Part shown: piece by piece, positions 12,901-26,300 of the stretch
Layout of the letters: the number at the start of each line of letters is the position of its first letter
Numbering within the stretch: the first letter of the stretch is position 1
Assembly: GCA_051294905.1 (NCBI GenBank)
Contig: CM119384.1
Location: 17,608,001-17,672,000, forward strand
Reading direction: 5' to 3'
DNA: 64,000 nt
Source of the DNA: Botryllus schlosseri
Lineage: Eukaryota
The notes under the pieces: generated by a model
Told to the model about the DNA's origin: nothing
Database searches by the model: none
What the model saw: the letters and a program-made list of their open reading frames with translations, nothing else
Position numbers and translations under genes: made by a program

Positions 12901-13965
12901 GTCTGACGTATTCGATTGCGATTACTAATCACGATTAACCCATGTCCGAACTCAATAAACTGTAAGAAATGACACATATAAATCTGTTTAATCAAAATAG
13001 CACAAGAATCGTGACAGTATGAAAAGAAAGGAACGAGTCAAAATACCTTGATGAAGTCCAATAAATCAAAGTCTTACCTTGTCTTATAAATATAATAACA
13101 TGAATGAAAACAATATATATCAATAAATATAATTATAATCGTAGTTTGGCCTATAATTATTTTCATTCGCCCAAGGCACATAATGCGAAGTGCAATACAG
13201 AATGATAGGAATATATTTAAATAACCATAAATCTAAGAACTACCTTGGCCTACTGATTTTAATTAGGCTAGAATTAATGCCGAACATAACACTGACATTG
13301 ATATTGTTGGTGATCTTCAATCTGTTGTTCTTCGATGCTTTCTTGCTCTTCCAATTATTCTTTTCCAAAGATGCCGTGTGACCAAGGGGAAAGTGTAGAT
13401 GCCCAGATTACCTTCCTACTCTTCGAAACGTGTTACAGCTGAGGCCGGAATCCTCAAGTGTGATCTTCTACTGAGGCTTAAACCATCAGATGCCATTGGC
13501 GGTCACACCAACCAATTGTTCTAACTCCCACATCAGAAATTGCTCAGAAAAATATCAAAGACAGGAGCAGTCAAATGCTAGTTAAAATTAAATCTCATCC
13601 AACAGTGTATGGAATATTAAGTCAAGCTACCTTCCATTTGCTTACTTATTGGTTGGCAAATAGTATATTGCAGATCTTGCTCGTGGATTGCGATATATCT
13701 CGTCAGACTATTTTTCTGATTGCTATTGAGTCTAACACTCTAAGATATCTTAGGGAGCATAGGCTAACTAATATCAGACAACAAACAGTTTTCCTCGTTC
13801 GGTAATAAATATTCAATATTCCCGTTGATATTATTTTTACATATTTAGATTTAAGTAATATATTCATTTCATATATATATTGAAACCCGAAGCTTTTCGA
13901 GGGGACACTCTTCAGGGACAATCGTAAGCTAACAGAGAATTTCAAAAACTTGCATTCGACTACAT

Positions 13966-15204
13966 CAGAGGTCTCAAACTCAAATGTGCTCGCAGGCCAA
14001 TTTCCTACATTTTGATGGCGCCGCGGGTCGCAGCACCAACAATAAGGGAATTCAATGTATTTCCAAGTAGGCCTTATTTGATGGGACCTTGCAGACTGAC
14101 ATTCCACGCACATCGTAAAAATGTGATTTACTATTGTGAATTCACGCCTGGCACGAACAAAAAAAAACATTTTTAGATATTTGAATTTTTATTTAAAAAA
14201 ATAGTTGTAGAGACCATGCGAGAGTAGAAATGCATCAGGACAGCGTAAAAGCTGTCGCGTTATAATTTTGCACCTATAGCGGACATTTGACGCGCAGCAA
14301 TTATAGGTAGAATTTTAAAATTTTACATCGTTTGATCTGATATCAGAGCATTGGAGCAGTAGAGTCTAATCCGGGTCTCGGGTATACTGCTGATAACTAG
14401 GCTATTGATCATGTCATTATCATTACCAAAGTCAAATTAAATCTGCGTTCGATTTACCTTCGAATATTTGAACAGATCAATAACAACTTGAATTTAAGAA
14501 TTACTGTGCCACGACAATAGAAATGTCCAATCACCGAAGAATCCATTTGTGTTACAGCTGTGAAGCGTAGGCTGCGACTACTTTATACTCGCCACATTTA
14601 ATTGGCGATGATAACATGGATAAAGACACCCAAGATGACACAGGATGTAACCAACTATACATCAAGAGGGTAACATAATGCCAATGGTTGCCATACCGAC
14701 CTGCTTCTAGATATCTAAATAAGCTACGAAACGCAAGCTACGACCTTTTGATATTCTACTATTTTCCATACCAGTTTGATAGTTTGTGGCGTCCGTGGTT
14801 GTACCAAGTCACGGCGTTCCGCGTCACAAAAGTCCTTCTCTGATTGTATCTTTTGACGCAAGTCAACTCGAGCCATTTATATTTTATCACCCATTGAGTC
14901 CGAGTTCTAGTAATTCTACAAAAGGTCGCGCCCAAGTCCAAATCACAATTTTCTGTACGAATCATCATTAACGGGTCATGTTTAGCCATCATAAACAAGT
15001 AATATCACGTAAAATAGGTAATCTTTCACTGAGTCGTAACTTTTGAAGGTGATGTAATAGTGAAGTTTGATGAGTAGTTTCTGGCTTCTGGAGTAGTTTT
15101 ATAGCGAATATTATGTCCTCAAATTTAAAAAAAATGGTAGTTAAATATTGTCGAATACTTCGAAATCCAAAATGCCGTCGCGGGCCGCGTGTTTGAGACC
15201 TCTG
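13966..15204. mobile_element. Non-autonomous hAT (Buster-type) element
   Basis: TIR cagaggtctcaaac ... gtttgagacctctg; perfect 8-bp TSD gactacat. Confidence 0.9.
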
Positions 15205-15603
15205 GACTACATCATACACATCCTATTGTGACGTCATAAAAAGAAAACAACATTGAGTACAGGCAAAACGCGAGCGCAGCTAGTGGTCAATTTTCAGCTT
15301 AAACAAACGCTCTTTCTGCTGGCATATAAATATCAATATAATTGTCGATTCAAGTGCGGACAAATGGGAAAGTGTGCGGCGTCTGCCAAAAATCGAGAAT
15401 CTCTCGTCACTATAGTTTTTGTCGCAAGTAGTATGCTCAGCTAAATGCTTGCCAATGGCAGAATTCATTGCCGCGGCCTGATTGTGTTCCAACACCCGTA
15501 GATCAGTTTCGGTTTCAGTAGCATGTTGCCAAGAATTTAATGTACGCGATCTAATAAAGATCTAATATTTACATTTGATTGCCAATTCTTTTATGTTTTG
15601 CAG

Positions 15604-15911
15604 GTCCAGATCCAGAATATCCTACCAAGATGGGAATGCATCCATAGTCATATGGCAACTGAATGCCAATGATGAAGGGTTGTATATTTGCAAAGTATTG
15701 ATTGGTGCAAAATGGCGACGATCTCGTGTTCGACTGCGAGTTCTCCCAGAGGGTTCTTTCTCTTCGAGCACCAGAAGCTTCTTCTTATCTTCCATCACTA
15801 CTGTTACACCAAAAAGGCCCTTCATTAGTCTGGGCTCAACAATACCGTTAACTACGAATGTACCGTCTACAAAGAGGACCAAGCCATTAACAGCAGCAAA
15901 GGCTATAGAAA
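15604..15911 (+). CDS. Ig V-set domain 2, C-terminal half plus Ser/Thr linker
   Basis: RSRSRISYQDGNASIVIWQLNANDEGLYICKVLIGAKWRRSRVRLRVLP followed by an S/T-rich linker; ttttgcag acceptor, A|gtgagt donor. Confidence 0.9.
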
Positions 15912-16093
15912 GTGAGTTTTAACAGAGAGGGTGGAATTTTTCCCACTTGTCAAAAAAGATAGTTGTATTCTAGAGTTGATTTTGGCTTAATCTCACTGAA
16001 TACGTATTCAAATGCTGTCACATCCTTATATTAGATATCTCTATTTTATATGTAACTTATATCACACTGATTTATTTGATTATTACTTGACAG

Positions 16094-16268
16094 GAATACT
16101 ATTAAAAGGTGAGGTGGGTGGCATTGTAACTCTGCCATGCATTTACCAGACGAATCATTCGGTCGTATGGCCTAATCCAACGAAATTATGGACTGTATCT
16201 GACCTTGAAACCCCACAAAAAGTGGCAATGATGAATTTCTTTGATATTGAATCATACGGCAGTTACAG
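16094..16268 (+). CDS. Ig V-set domain 3, N-terminal half
   Basis: ILLKGEVGGIVTLPCIYQTNHSVVWPNPTKLWTV...IESYGSYR; cttgacag acceptor, AG|gtaatg donor. Confidence 0.88.
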
Positions 16269-18142
16269 GTAATGTAGATTCTGTATTATTTTGAAACGCA
16301 TCTCTAAGTGCATATATTCGGACCCTGATGGCCCTGCTAAGGGAAACTTCATAAGTTCATTCATGTTCCTTGAGCTTTTTACTATTGTCAGATGAAAGCA
16401 TCCAATTTTAGTAAAATCCTTAGTCATTATCTAAGGCTAAGCAATGCTCTCGTTTTAGTGTTTGATTCACACATGTACAGTCGATTGACTTGTTTACATG
16501 ACCTGCTCAATGTTCATTGTTTATGCTTTGGCTTGAAAGAAATCAGATATGACACCCGTGGTTAAAACGAACGAAACACGAAATTGGTTACTGGGTAAAA
16601 AACCTTAACACATCAAAGATGATTTACTGAGTTACTAGCAAACCAAAGCTTCTTTAATCCAAGGGTGGGCAACCTCAGGCCCGCTGGCCTTTCAGCGTAG
16701 GATGCTTACCCAGTTTTCTTGTCGATACCGGATCCACGTAAGCGATGCTTTTAAAAGCCAATGACAAGAGTGGGCCTTACTGCCCTTAGTTTACGTTGAC
16801 AGCTCAGGAATACTGATAAATCCAAATTTCAGCCTGATGTGACATGACCACAGAGGTCGTGGCACTATATCACTAAACAAGAACAACAGCAACACCAGCT
16901 TGTCAGAGAAATGTCTTCCAACTCGAATAGCTGATACGCATTTGAAAAATATTTCGCAGATTTTTAGTAGACAGAGAGATAGATCGTATAATATAGAACA
17001 TAAACATCGATACGACCACATTATTCTGTTCAAAATCGATGTTATGAAAGAATTCATGAAACATCAACTATCCCATTGAATTTGTACGCACTTCGTATTA
17101 TCGAAATTTCATAATAATATAGCTAGCGTCGGAAACGAGATGATTTTTCGTGTCGCCCAAATGAATTGACGCAAACGACATATTGTAACCATGTTTCTTC
17201 AAAAAGTGAAACAGAAGTTTTTAAAATGTACATAGCTCGTAGGCGACCCAAAATTATTTCGTAAATCAACATGAAATAGAGTTGTCCGGGGCAGATTTTA
17301 TTTACTTTGGAACAGATACTTCCACGTTTCGCGCGATTTATTGGAACGTGATTTCTCGATATATAATGTAGGAAACCCTCATACATATATGTATGTATGG
17401 GGAAACTACTTTAAAAATATGCATAATGTACAGAAATGAGTCCAAACGTATTAGCAAATATGAAAGAACTGAAACTTAATATCGTATGCAACCATCTGGA
17501 TGATTTAGTCTAGGAAATTGGACTGTGCAGCCTGCAGCAGCGGGACTATCATATGGACTGGCATTTCGGCACTGCGCATTTTCGCTAATTCACTAATTCA
17601 TTCACTAATTCGATATATGGTACCGAACGCAAGTTGGCTTCGAAACGACCAAAGCAACCACAGAAGATCGGTCATCGCGCGACTAAAAATAAATTATGCT
17701 AATAAATTACGTACATTCAAGCGATATATGTGTAGTGCGGCAGCGACAAAAATACTTTAAGAATCACCCGCGTAACCGATGCCTTCGCCAGCTGTAGATA
17801 ATCGGTTGGTGGGATTCCTTGCTCGAAGCACTAAATATGACAAAATTAAAAATGTTTGTGAGCGTAATAATTTCACATTTCTTTTATATTTTGGCACGCA
17901 CAATACAAAAGGTTACCGAGCCCTGAATAGCTCTTTCGAATAACCTAGTCTTAAATAACGAACAGTCACAGAAGCATGTAGCATAGCCTAACCGAGGACG
18001 TGAATTCGAGATTTGCTTAAAGCGATACATACGTATTTAAGTCTCATCACCACACTATTAAATAGATTTTCCTGACTCTTTGTCTCGCTACAAATCTCCG
18101 TGCCGTAAGATTTGATCGAGTGCTAACTACGTATATCTACAT

Positions 18143-18933
18143 CAGCGGTTCTCAAACTTTCTTTGGGCACGCTGCCCTTGAGGATATTCAAATAATAATG
18201 TGCAATAGTAGCAGGTATGGTACATATTTCGGTGTTTAATATCATTCAAGTTCATTACCTGACTTGAGCTTGACTCAAACGTACGCTACCTGACCACAAA
18301 GCCAAATCAAAAACAAATACTGCACGCTATTCAAACTTGGCAATTCTTCGCGGGGTCAAACAATTTTTCTCTGCGAATCGCAGGTATTCGGCAAGAGAAT
18401 AATAAAATTAATGACTTTTGGGCTGACATAAATTGCGCTTCTTAAGAGTGGCATTCTAGAAAATTGTCTAAATTGAGTATACTAGGAGTGGCTACTTCGA
18501 CATTCTAAGCCACTTCGATTTAAGTCCTTGTTCATTAGATTCAAAAGGAATATTATACATGGGATATGACATGACCTTATAGGAAAATATCTTATTTCTC
18601 CATAACTCTATGCCTTTCAGCGCAATCTGCACATTTGCTGGACGAACAGACTATAATAGCTAACAGCTGCACATTCATACATTTACCAGGTCCTCTTAAT
18701 TCAGAGACATCGTTTGATCGATGCAAGGTGAAGTATCAGTCGAAATCTAGCATCGTTACATGGGTGGTATGACGCTACTATAACATTTAAAATCGTAATA
18801 TTATTAGGATTATTGCCGTTGTTGTAACTTTGAAGTTTTAAACATACAACGAAAAACATCATTTCTCTCAGACGGCTTCGCGCCCCTTCCTCCCTTCAGA
18901 TGATTTTACTCCCCCTAGTTTTGAGAATCACTG
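18143..18933. mobile_element. Non-autonomous hAT (Buster-type) MITE
   Basis: Ends cagcggttctcaaac ... ttttgagaatcactg; degenerate TSD atctacat/atatacaa. Confidence 0.75.
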
Positions 18934-19004
18934 ATATACAAGTTCAGCTAGCTTGACTTAATATATCAGTGCAAGTATACAATACATCTACAACTCTATT
19001 CCAG

Positions 19005-19168
19005 AGGTCGTTCCCGTATATCTGCATCTACTGGCAATGCATCCTTGACAATATGGCAACTAAGGGAGAATGATACCAATGTATATGAATGCAAAATCAC
19101 TTCAGACCAAGAAAATGTTCGCGCCATTGTGAAACTTGAAGTCACCCCGAAGTACATTCCTCATGCGG
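19005..19168 (+). CDS. Ig V-set domain 3, C-terminal half
   Basis: RGRSRISASTGNASLTIWQLRENDTNVYECKITSDQENVRAIVKLEVTP; ctattccag acceptor, G|gtatgc donor. Confidence 0.88.
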
Positions 19169-19230
19169 GTATGCAAATCAACTCATTACTTACTATTTTT
19201 TGCAATGATTTACTCATTTTATTTGTACAG

Positions 19231-19423
19231 TTGACCTAAACTTAACAACAAGAACGCCAGTATTTGGTGTTGCTGGAGAATTGGTCACGTTACCTTGCAT
19301 ATTCAACGCATCTAAAGTGGATGTTTTCACTCTTCGTATTGAATGGCTCAAGAAAGTTGCTGGAGAAACCGTGAATGTGTATAGACAAACTGGTCTGGAA
19401 TATGAACGCTTCGGACACTATCG
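19231..19423 (+). CDS. Ig V-set domain 4, N-terminal half
   Basis: DLNLTTRTPVFGVAGELVTLPCIFNASKVDVFTLRIEWLKKVAG...ERFGHYR (not in the ORF track, read manually). 62-nt intron upstream; donor CG|gtaaga. Confidence 0.88.
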
Positions 19424-19481
19424 GTAAGAACTATTACACAGCTGGCGGGTTTTGTATCGAGTTTATAATTTTATGCTGCAG

Positions 19482-19639
19482 GGGTAGAACACGACTACCA
19501 TTTACTCTTGGTGATGCGTCTTTGAATATTTGGCAACTGAAGTCCCAAGATGCTGGAATGTATGTTTGCAAAGTCTCTGGAGTCAATCGTACAGAAAAGA
19601 TTATCACTGAATTAATTGTGGAGTCATTGTCAGCCCCAG
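19482..19639 (+). CDS. Ig V-set domain 4, C-terminal half
   Basis: RGRTRLPFTLGDASLNIWQLKSQDAGMYVCKVSGVNRTEKIITELIV; 58-nt intron upstream; donor G|gtactt (phase 1). Confidence 0.9.
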
Positions 19640-20372
19640 GTACTTTTGTGCGATACAGGTATTTATACTATATAATAATAACTCGTCCCAAAAGTCGGTG
19701 AAAAAAAGAAAAGATGACATAATCGAAATTTAAATTAGTGCAGAACTCAAGATACACAATATACAATGCGTGGCAAAAGACATCATGCAATCTAATATAA
19801 ATAACATTTATCGACAGAAATTTGTTATTATTTTCATTATATATATTGATGTACGAAACGATAATAGCTTGCGCGCTTTATAGGCATGTATAGATTTGAT
19901 GAAATAGCTGACCAGCTACAATAAATATTTCAACTTTATGCGATAGCTAGAATGTAATTGTGTTCAAACCTGTCACCTACTTTAGATATTTCACACATAT
20001 ACGTAGTTATTCGATTTCCACAAGAATTTGAATATTTTTAAGATATAGAGAGTGCTTACACATTTTAGAACAGTATTGCCATCAAACTAATTGTAGGCTA
20101 TAACCTGAAATGAAGATATGATATAAAATCCACACAGCTACTCAAATTTCTACTAAACTATAAACATCTTTAGGGTAAAGAAAGAAGTTTAGTGATGTAT
20201 TTATATTAGAATATAATAAAATATACATTGTAAATATTCAAATGAAAATGTGATACAAAATTAATATTAAAGATATTATGATACAACAGAGGACAAAGTG
20301 GATATATGAGTATGCTTGCAGTCAATCCTCCTTCATTTTTGATGTAAGATATAATTAATACTCTTATTACAG

Positions 20373-23300
20373 ATATAGGGACTGCAACATATTCAAATCC
20401 TTTGAAAGATGACGAGAATAAGACTGCAGTTTTGCTAGTATCGGCACAGACTACCCCAACAAAGATGCCATTACTGTCTGCCGCATCTCATACCTCTCAA
20501 TTTCAAATGATACTTGGAACCGACCGAACATATTCTCCCGAATCTAAACCAATATCAACAATTAAAATTATCGAAAAACCCATCACAGATGAACAACTAA
20601 GCACCCCTGTGTGGCAATCCGACACAGCAGTGTTATCTGAAGCCATGACAGAAACAATGCTCAGATTGCCCCCAAAAGAAATTGGATCTACGCCTGTTAA
20701 CAACATTGAACATTATAGGACCACCAATATTCCGGACATTGGTGTTTCGGAAGTATTATTGCTGAATGTCACTGTAGGGATATTACCTTATTTTATTCCC
20801 TCGAATAAGTCTGAAACCTTTACCATGCCAGTCACAACTCTAGAACAACTAATTGAGACAACTTCTGGAGATGTCAGAGCTTTACCAGAAGTGACTTCCG
20901 CCCAACCCAGCTATGCAACATTGACATCTGATGAAACAACTACTTTGTCACAAATGTTGTCAACGACAGCGGCGCATTCATTTTCCTCGGCACTGAACGC
21001 AATCAGTTCTGCATCAACCCTTCAGAGCGAAATTCGAGGTAGACGTCATAATTCGACACATGTCATTGTTGATGATGATGGCACGTCAGGAAGGCTTTCA
21101 ACTTTTGCAAAGAGCACCGAGCTGTACAAGGATATCAGCAACACAACTACATTTGAACGAACTATCAGAACAGAAAACATGACAAGATCAACCCATCTAC
21201 CACATCATGCTAAGACTAAAGAAGGTGTAAAACCATCTTCAACTTCTCTGCATCATGTAACTGAATCTTCAGGTCAATTTCCCCATACCTCTCCCAAACT
21301 TTCGTTGCAAAGTTCAATTATAGATAAATCCCGCGAATTGCATAGTTCAAGTGTTCAAAAAACAACTTCTAGCGTTTTGAGAATGAATTCAAGCTCTTCT
21401 CTTGTCAATATGAGCACCAGTAAAGAATTAATAAAGTCGTCGACAAAACTGTATGAAGCATCCAGAATGCCGGATTTTAATCATTCGCAATCGACAAAAG
21501 TGTATGAAGCATCAAGAATGCAGGATTCCAATCAATCACAATTTCCTTTCACCCGTAATACGTTTTCCAAAGCGCGCACATTCTCTCAACACTCGGCTAC
21601 TATGGATATAATTGATGCTTCATCTGACTCTTACGATGATAAAGATTCTCACGTTGTTACTATCCTTGATGATGAGTTATCAAGAACGTCAAATAAAGAA
21701 CCAATTTCCATGCAAGTTTCTCTACCGACACGAAAAGCTGAATTACTAGACATATCGCCATCATATACTCCAAGTAGGTTCACTGCATCACAGCAGCAGT
21801 ATTTGACCTCAAACCCACAATTCTTCAACATTTCAAGTAACGTGGGGATTTATGATGATGGATTTACAGAAGTCACCAAGCAATCTGTGAACGGGACTAC
21901 ATTAATGGGAGAAGCTAAAGATATGACCAAAACCGCAAATAATATGGATGCTACAGAAAATGCAACAACTACTATGGTTTCCACAGTTTCTTCGCCATAC
22001 ACTGTGTTAGGAGTTAATGGGTCACAATCGACGCTGTCGAATTTTATCAGTAAATTTGATGATTCAATATCTGGAAGTGGAAGCATTCATTCCGAAGCGA
22101 TTGTATCTACCAGTAAAAATATTGTTTCTCAGTCTAACGCAGCATCAGATACCTATTCAATGTCATCCACGCCAACTAGCATTTCCAGTCAATATTTTAT
22201 GAAAGTTACACCTCTGCCGAAAAAGATTGTGGGTGAATACCAGACTTCAGTGCCTTTGTCATATAAACCATCACTATATGCGAAACTATCATCAACTACG
22301 CGCAAAGATATAAATCTCATGAGAACCAATCTCATTCTAAATGCAACCCTATCTGATGATGGAGAGAGGATTTATAGCGGATCAGAACCAACAGTGACTA
22401 CTCTTAGAGAAGCAGATACTCCTTCAGATCATACCATTTCTATTAGTCTTAGCCCATATACGTCAACTGGTCAGGCTGAAGCATCTGCATCTGATACTTC
22501 TGAATTATCTACTGAAGGAGTTAGATCAGCGCAAAAGACAACGGTTGCGTTGGTGAATACGACTGTAATCAATGGAGGGGTTATTCAAACCTTATCAACA
22601 ACATCTGGATCTACACCGGATGTAGTATTAAGTATTGACGGAAGTATTGATCATTCAATTCCAATGCCTCCGACACTAACTTCCAGGCCTGTAATCTCAT
22701 TTCCTGTTCGCTCAACACCTTGGTCGTCTGAAATTCATTCAGTATCTGAAATAAATCGCTCATCTTCATATGGTACCTCCCCCAATATCCAGTACACACA
22801 TCCTCCAATATTCTCCATTGCTTCTAGTCCACATTATTCCAGTCAAACTTCAGACATCCCGAAGGTAACGGAGTCTGATACGTTTGTATATTCCGGTGCT
22901 ACTGAAACTGCGTTTGACGAGCTATCAAATGTTTCCCGTGTTGTTGAAAATTTGTCATCCTATATTTGGTTGACTACAGGACCAGAAACGTCATTCATTG
23001 ATATCTCAGACCACGAATTTATATATACCGCTACGGATGAAGATTCCAATGCTTATTCACAAACACCAAAATCTCAGATTGTAAGAAAAGACCATGATGA
23101 AGTATATGAAGATTGGGATAAATATTCGACACGGTCCACTGACAAGGAATCATCTATAAATCCAACAACTAATGAAGACTTTTCAGGTAGTGGCAATACA
23201 GAAGCTATTGCGACAGTTATTCAAAACATGGCCTCAACTCAGACCAGCACATCTTTTGGGTTATTTACACCTTCCAGAAATGATCTTACCTCTGAACGAA

Positions 23301-26300
23301 CTAGTTTTTCTGCAACTGATGGACACATATCCCAAGGAAGCCCAGTATTTTTGACTGATATATCAATTGAAGGTGCATTTTCTACAACAGAAACATTACA
23401 AAACATGTCCTCATATGACGAAACTTCTCCATTTCCTGCATCGACTTTCGCGGAATCTGGGACATCATCAATACCTCAGCAATCAACTTCATATGGTACA
23501 ATGAAATCGATTGAATCTGTGAAAAGCGTCACATACGCAAGTACAGATAGTACCACATTATCAGAAACCAAAAGTCTATCAAAGGTTTCTCCAATATACG
23601 GAATCACTGACAATATTCAGCAGGAAACAATTGTTGTACCATTCGAAAATGTGACATTTGATAATGCATCAGGTAGTGGATTTACCGAGAACACAACTAC
23701 AAAGAAGCAGAAAGACTCGCATGATCAAACTATATTTGATGAGACTTCGGAATCATCAACACCACGAGATTTAACCCAAACTAACACCAGGGAACAATTG
23801 TCTGAATCTTCTGCAAAATTATCAGAAACAATCGTTGTTGGACCGGAATATAATAAACATAACGTTACTGAAGACCTTTTATCCACAACAGAACATGTTT
23901 TATTAGAAAATATGAAATTTTTGGATGAATTATCGGGCAGTGGATCAACGGCTTCTGAATATTTTGCTCTGTCTTCCACCAGTCCAGTATCCTTTAAGCC
24001 CATTTCTGCAACAGATACTCGTCTGACTGATACTGCCGTTATGAACAAAACATTACCCAACAATATTACATTCGTTCCATTTGATAGTGAGCTATCAAGT
24101 CTTTCAACCGATATGGAAATATCTGGAAACGAGGAGATCACAAATCTGTTACCTAAAGATACAACATCGGACCTGGAAACTTTGAATGCCTACGCACCCA
24201 CTACAGGATTAAAGTCATTGGGAAGAGGCATTGCAGAATCAACAATAAAAGATATATCTTTCAATGAAATGACCACAACAAATGTAATATCAGATATGAC
24301 AACCTCTTTTACACCAGTCCTGTCTTTTAGTCAAACCAGTGTCAAGACTTCACAAATTCCAATAAAGAGCTATAAAATGACGGCAAAACCAAACGAAGCA
24401 TTCGCCAAACCAGAATCCAGTACAACTTATCCAGTTATCACAGAAACCATTCAAGGAAATCAACCAACCTCCGCATCCAAAGATTCAATAAAAATTACTG
24501 AAACAATTGATAAAGGCACTACCATGTTATTGGAAATCAAGAGTGAAGGACAACTTTCCACAATACATAACATTACTGCGGAAATGTCACCTGGAACAAC
24601 GTCAGTCTTACTACAAAATGTGTCGTTTGATGATGAATTATCAGGCAGTGGATTGTCACTCTTCACGGTTATAAATGAACAAAGTGCATCATTCAGTCCA
24701 GTATCGAATATGGCCCAGCAGAATTCAACATGGCCAATGCCCCAAGGAATTTCCATAAAGCCGACCAATGAATTATTATCAACCATTCCGATTGCCATGG
24801 AAATATCTGAAAATAGTGATACAGAAAGTGTAACGCTGGCAACTTCAGAGTTTATAAGTATGACCGAATCAACATCGAGTACAGAATTGAATTTGCGTGA
24901 TAGAAGCACTTCACAACCAACGGCAGATGTCATATCGTTTGACGACATAACCGCCATAGGTGTAACATCTGATATACCAAAGTCATATACATCAGACATA
25001 TTTTCCGGTCAAAGCGATATCAAGACTTCACAGATTTCTTTGAACAATTATCCGATGACAGTTCACCCACCTGAAGCATCCAAAGAAACTGAATTCAGTG
25101 GAACTCTACCAGACAGCACGCCAATCTTTGAAGAGTATCACACATTGTCAACATCGCACGAATCGACTGAAATCAAAATTAAAGAAGACTCGACAAAAAT
25201 GATGGAGCCACATGATCAAGACATTGATATCATGTTTGACACCACGAGTGAAGGATCAGATTCTACAATATATAACATTACTGACGACATATCATCTGGA
25301 ACAACTGGAATCGCATTGCAAAGTACAATATTTCAGTACGAGTTATCAGGCAGTGGACTGTACGAAATGAGATCTACGAATAAACCAAGACCGTCGCTCG
25401 CTGGATCAAGGAATCTCGTCCAGGAAAATGTAACACGACCTTTGTCGCATGATTTAAACTTAAAATCGACATATTCGCAAACCCTCTCTGCTGTGAACTC
25501 TGGCACGATTTTGGCAGGAGATAATCACTTGACTGCTACTGATGCTCTACTGAAAACATCAGAATATGATATGACATCTACTCGATATGATAGTGCACTA
25601 TCGAGTATTTCAACTGATACAGAAATATCTAGAAACGCAATTACAGAAGTTCCAACATTGTCAACTGAAGATGGAACTTCAGAGTTGGAAATTAGTGGTG
25701 AATTTGCTTCAACCACAGATGTAACTTTAATCAAAAGCACTGAAAAACCAACAATGCAAGACATAACTGTTGACTTCATAACCACTACTAGTGTAATATC
25801 TGACATAGCAATTTCATTTACTCGAGACATATCTACAACTCAAAACGAATTTGAGACTTCACAAATTTCTTTGAAGAACCATTCTATGCCGATAGCATTT
25901 GATTATCCGGAATTTAGCCAAACTATCTCAGTTGGCACATCGATCTTACCTGTATCACTGGCATCATCGACCTCGTGGGATTCAAATCAAACTGAAATCA
26001 AAGAAGCATTGTATGACTCGACAAACATTATTGAACCACTTTTTGAAGAGACTACCACTGTACTTGATACCATGAGTATAGGATCAGTTTCTACGATATA
26101 TAACATTACTGACGACATAGCATCTGGAACAACTGATATGGCATTGCAAAATATACCGTTGCATGATGAATTATCGGGTAGGGGATTATTTGACTTCAGT
26201 TCTACAAATAAACAAAGCACGTCATTCGATCAAACAATTAATGTCGCCAAAGAGAATGCAACGCGTCCATTGTCGCAAGAATTTGCACTATCAAGTATTT

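Noticed and set aside
13703-15219. Several 60-155-aa ORFs on both strands
   Set aside because: They overlap the 13966-15204 hAT element or AT-rich intron, and no recognisable transposase or domain motif could be supported.
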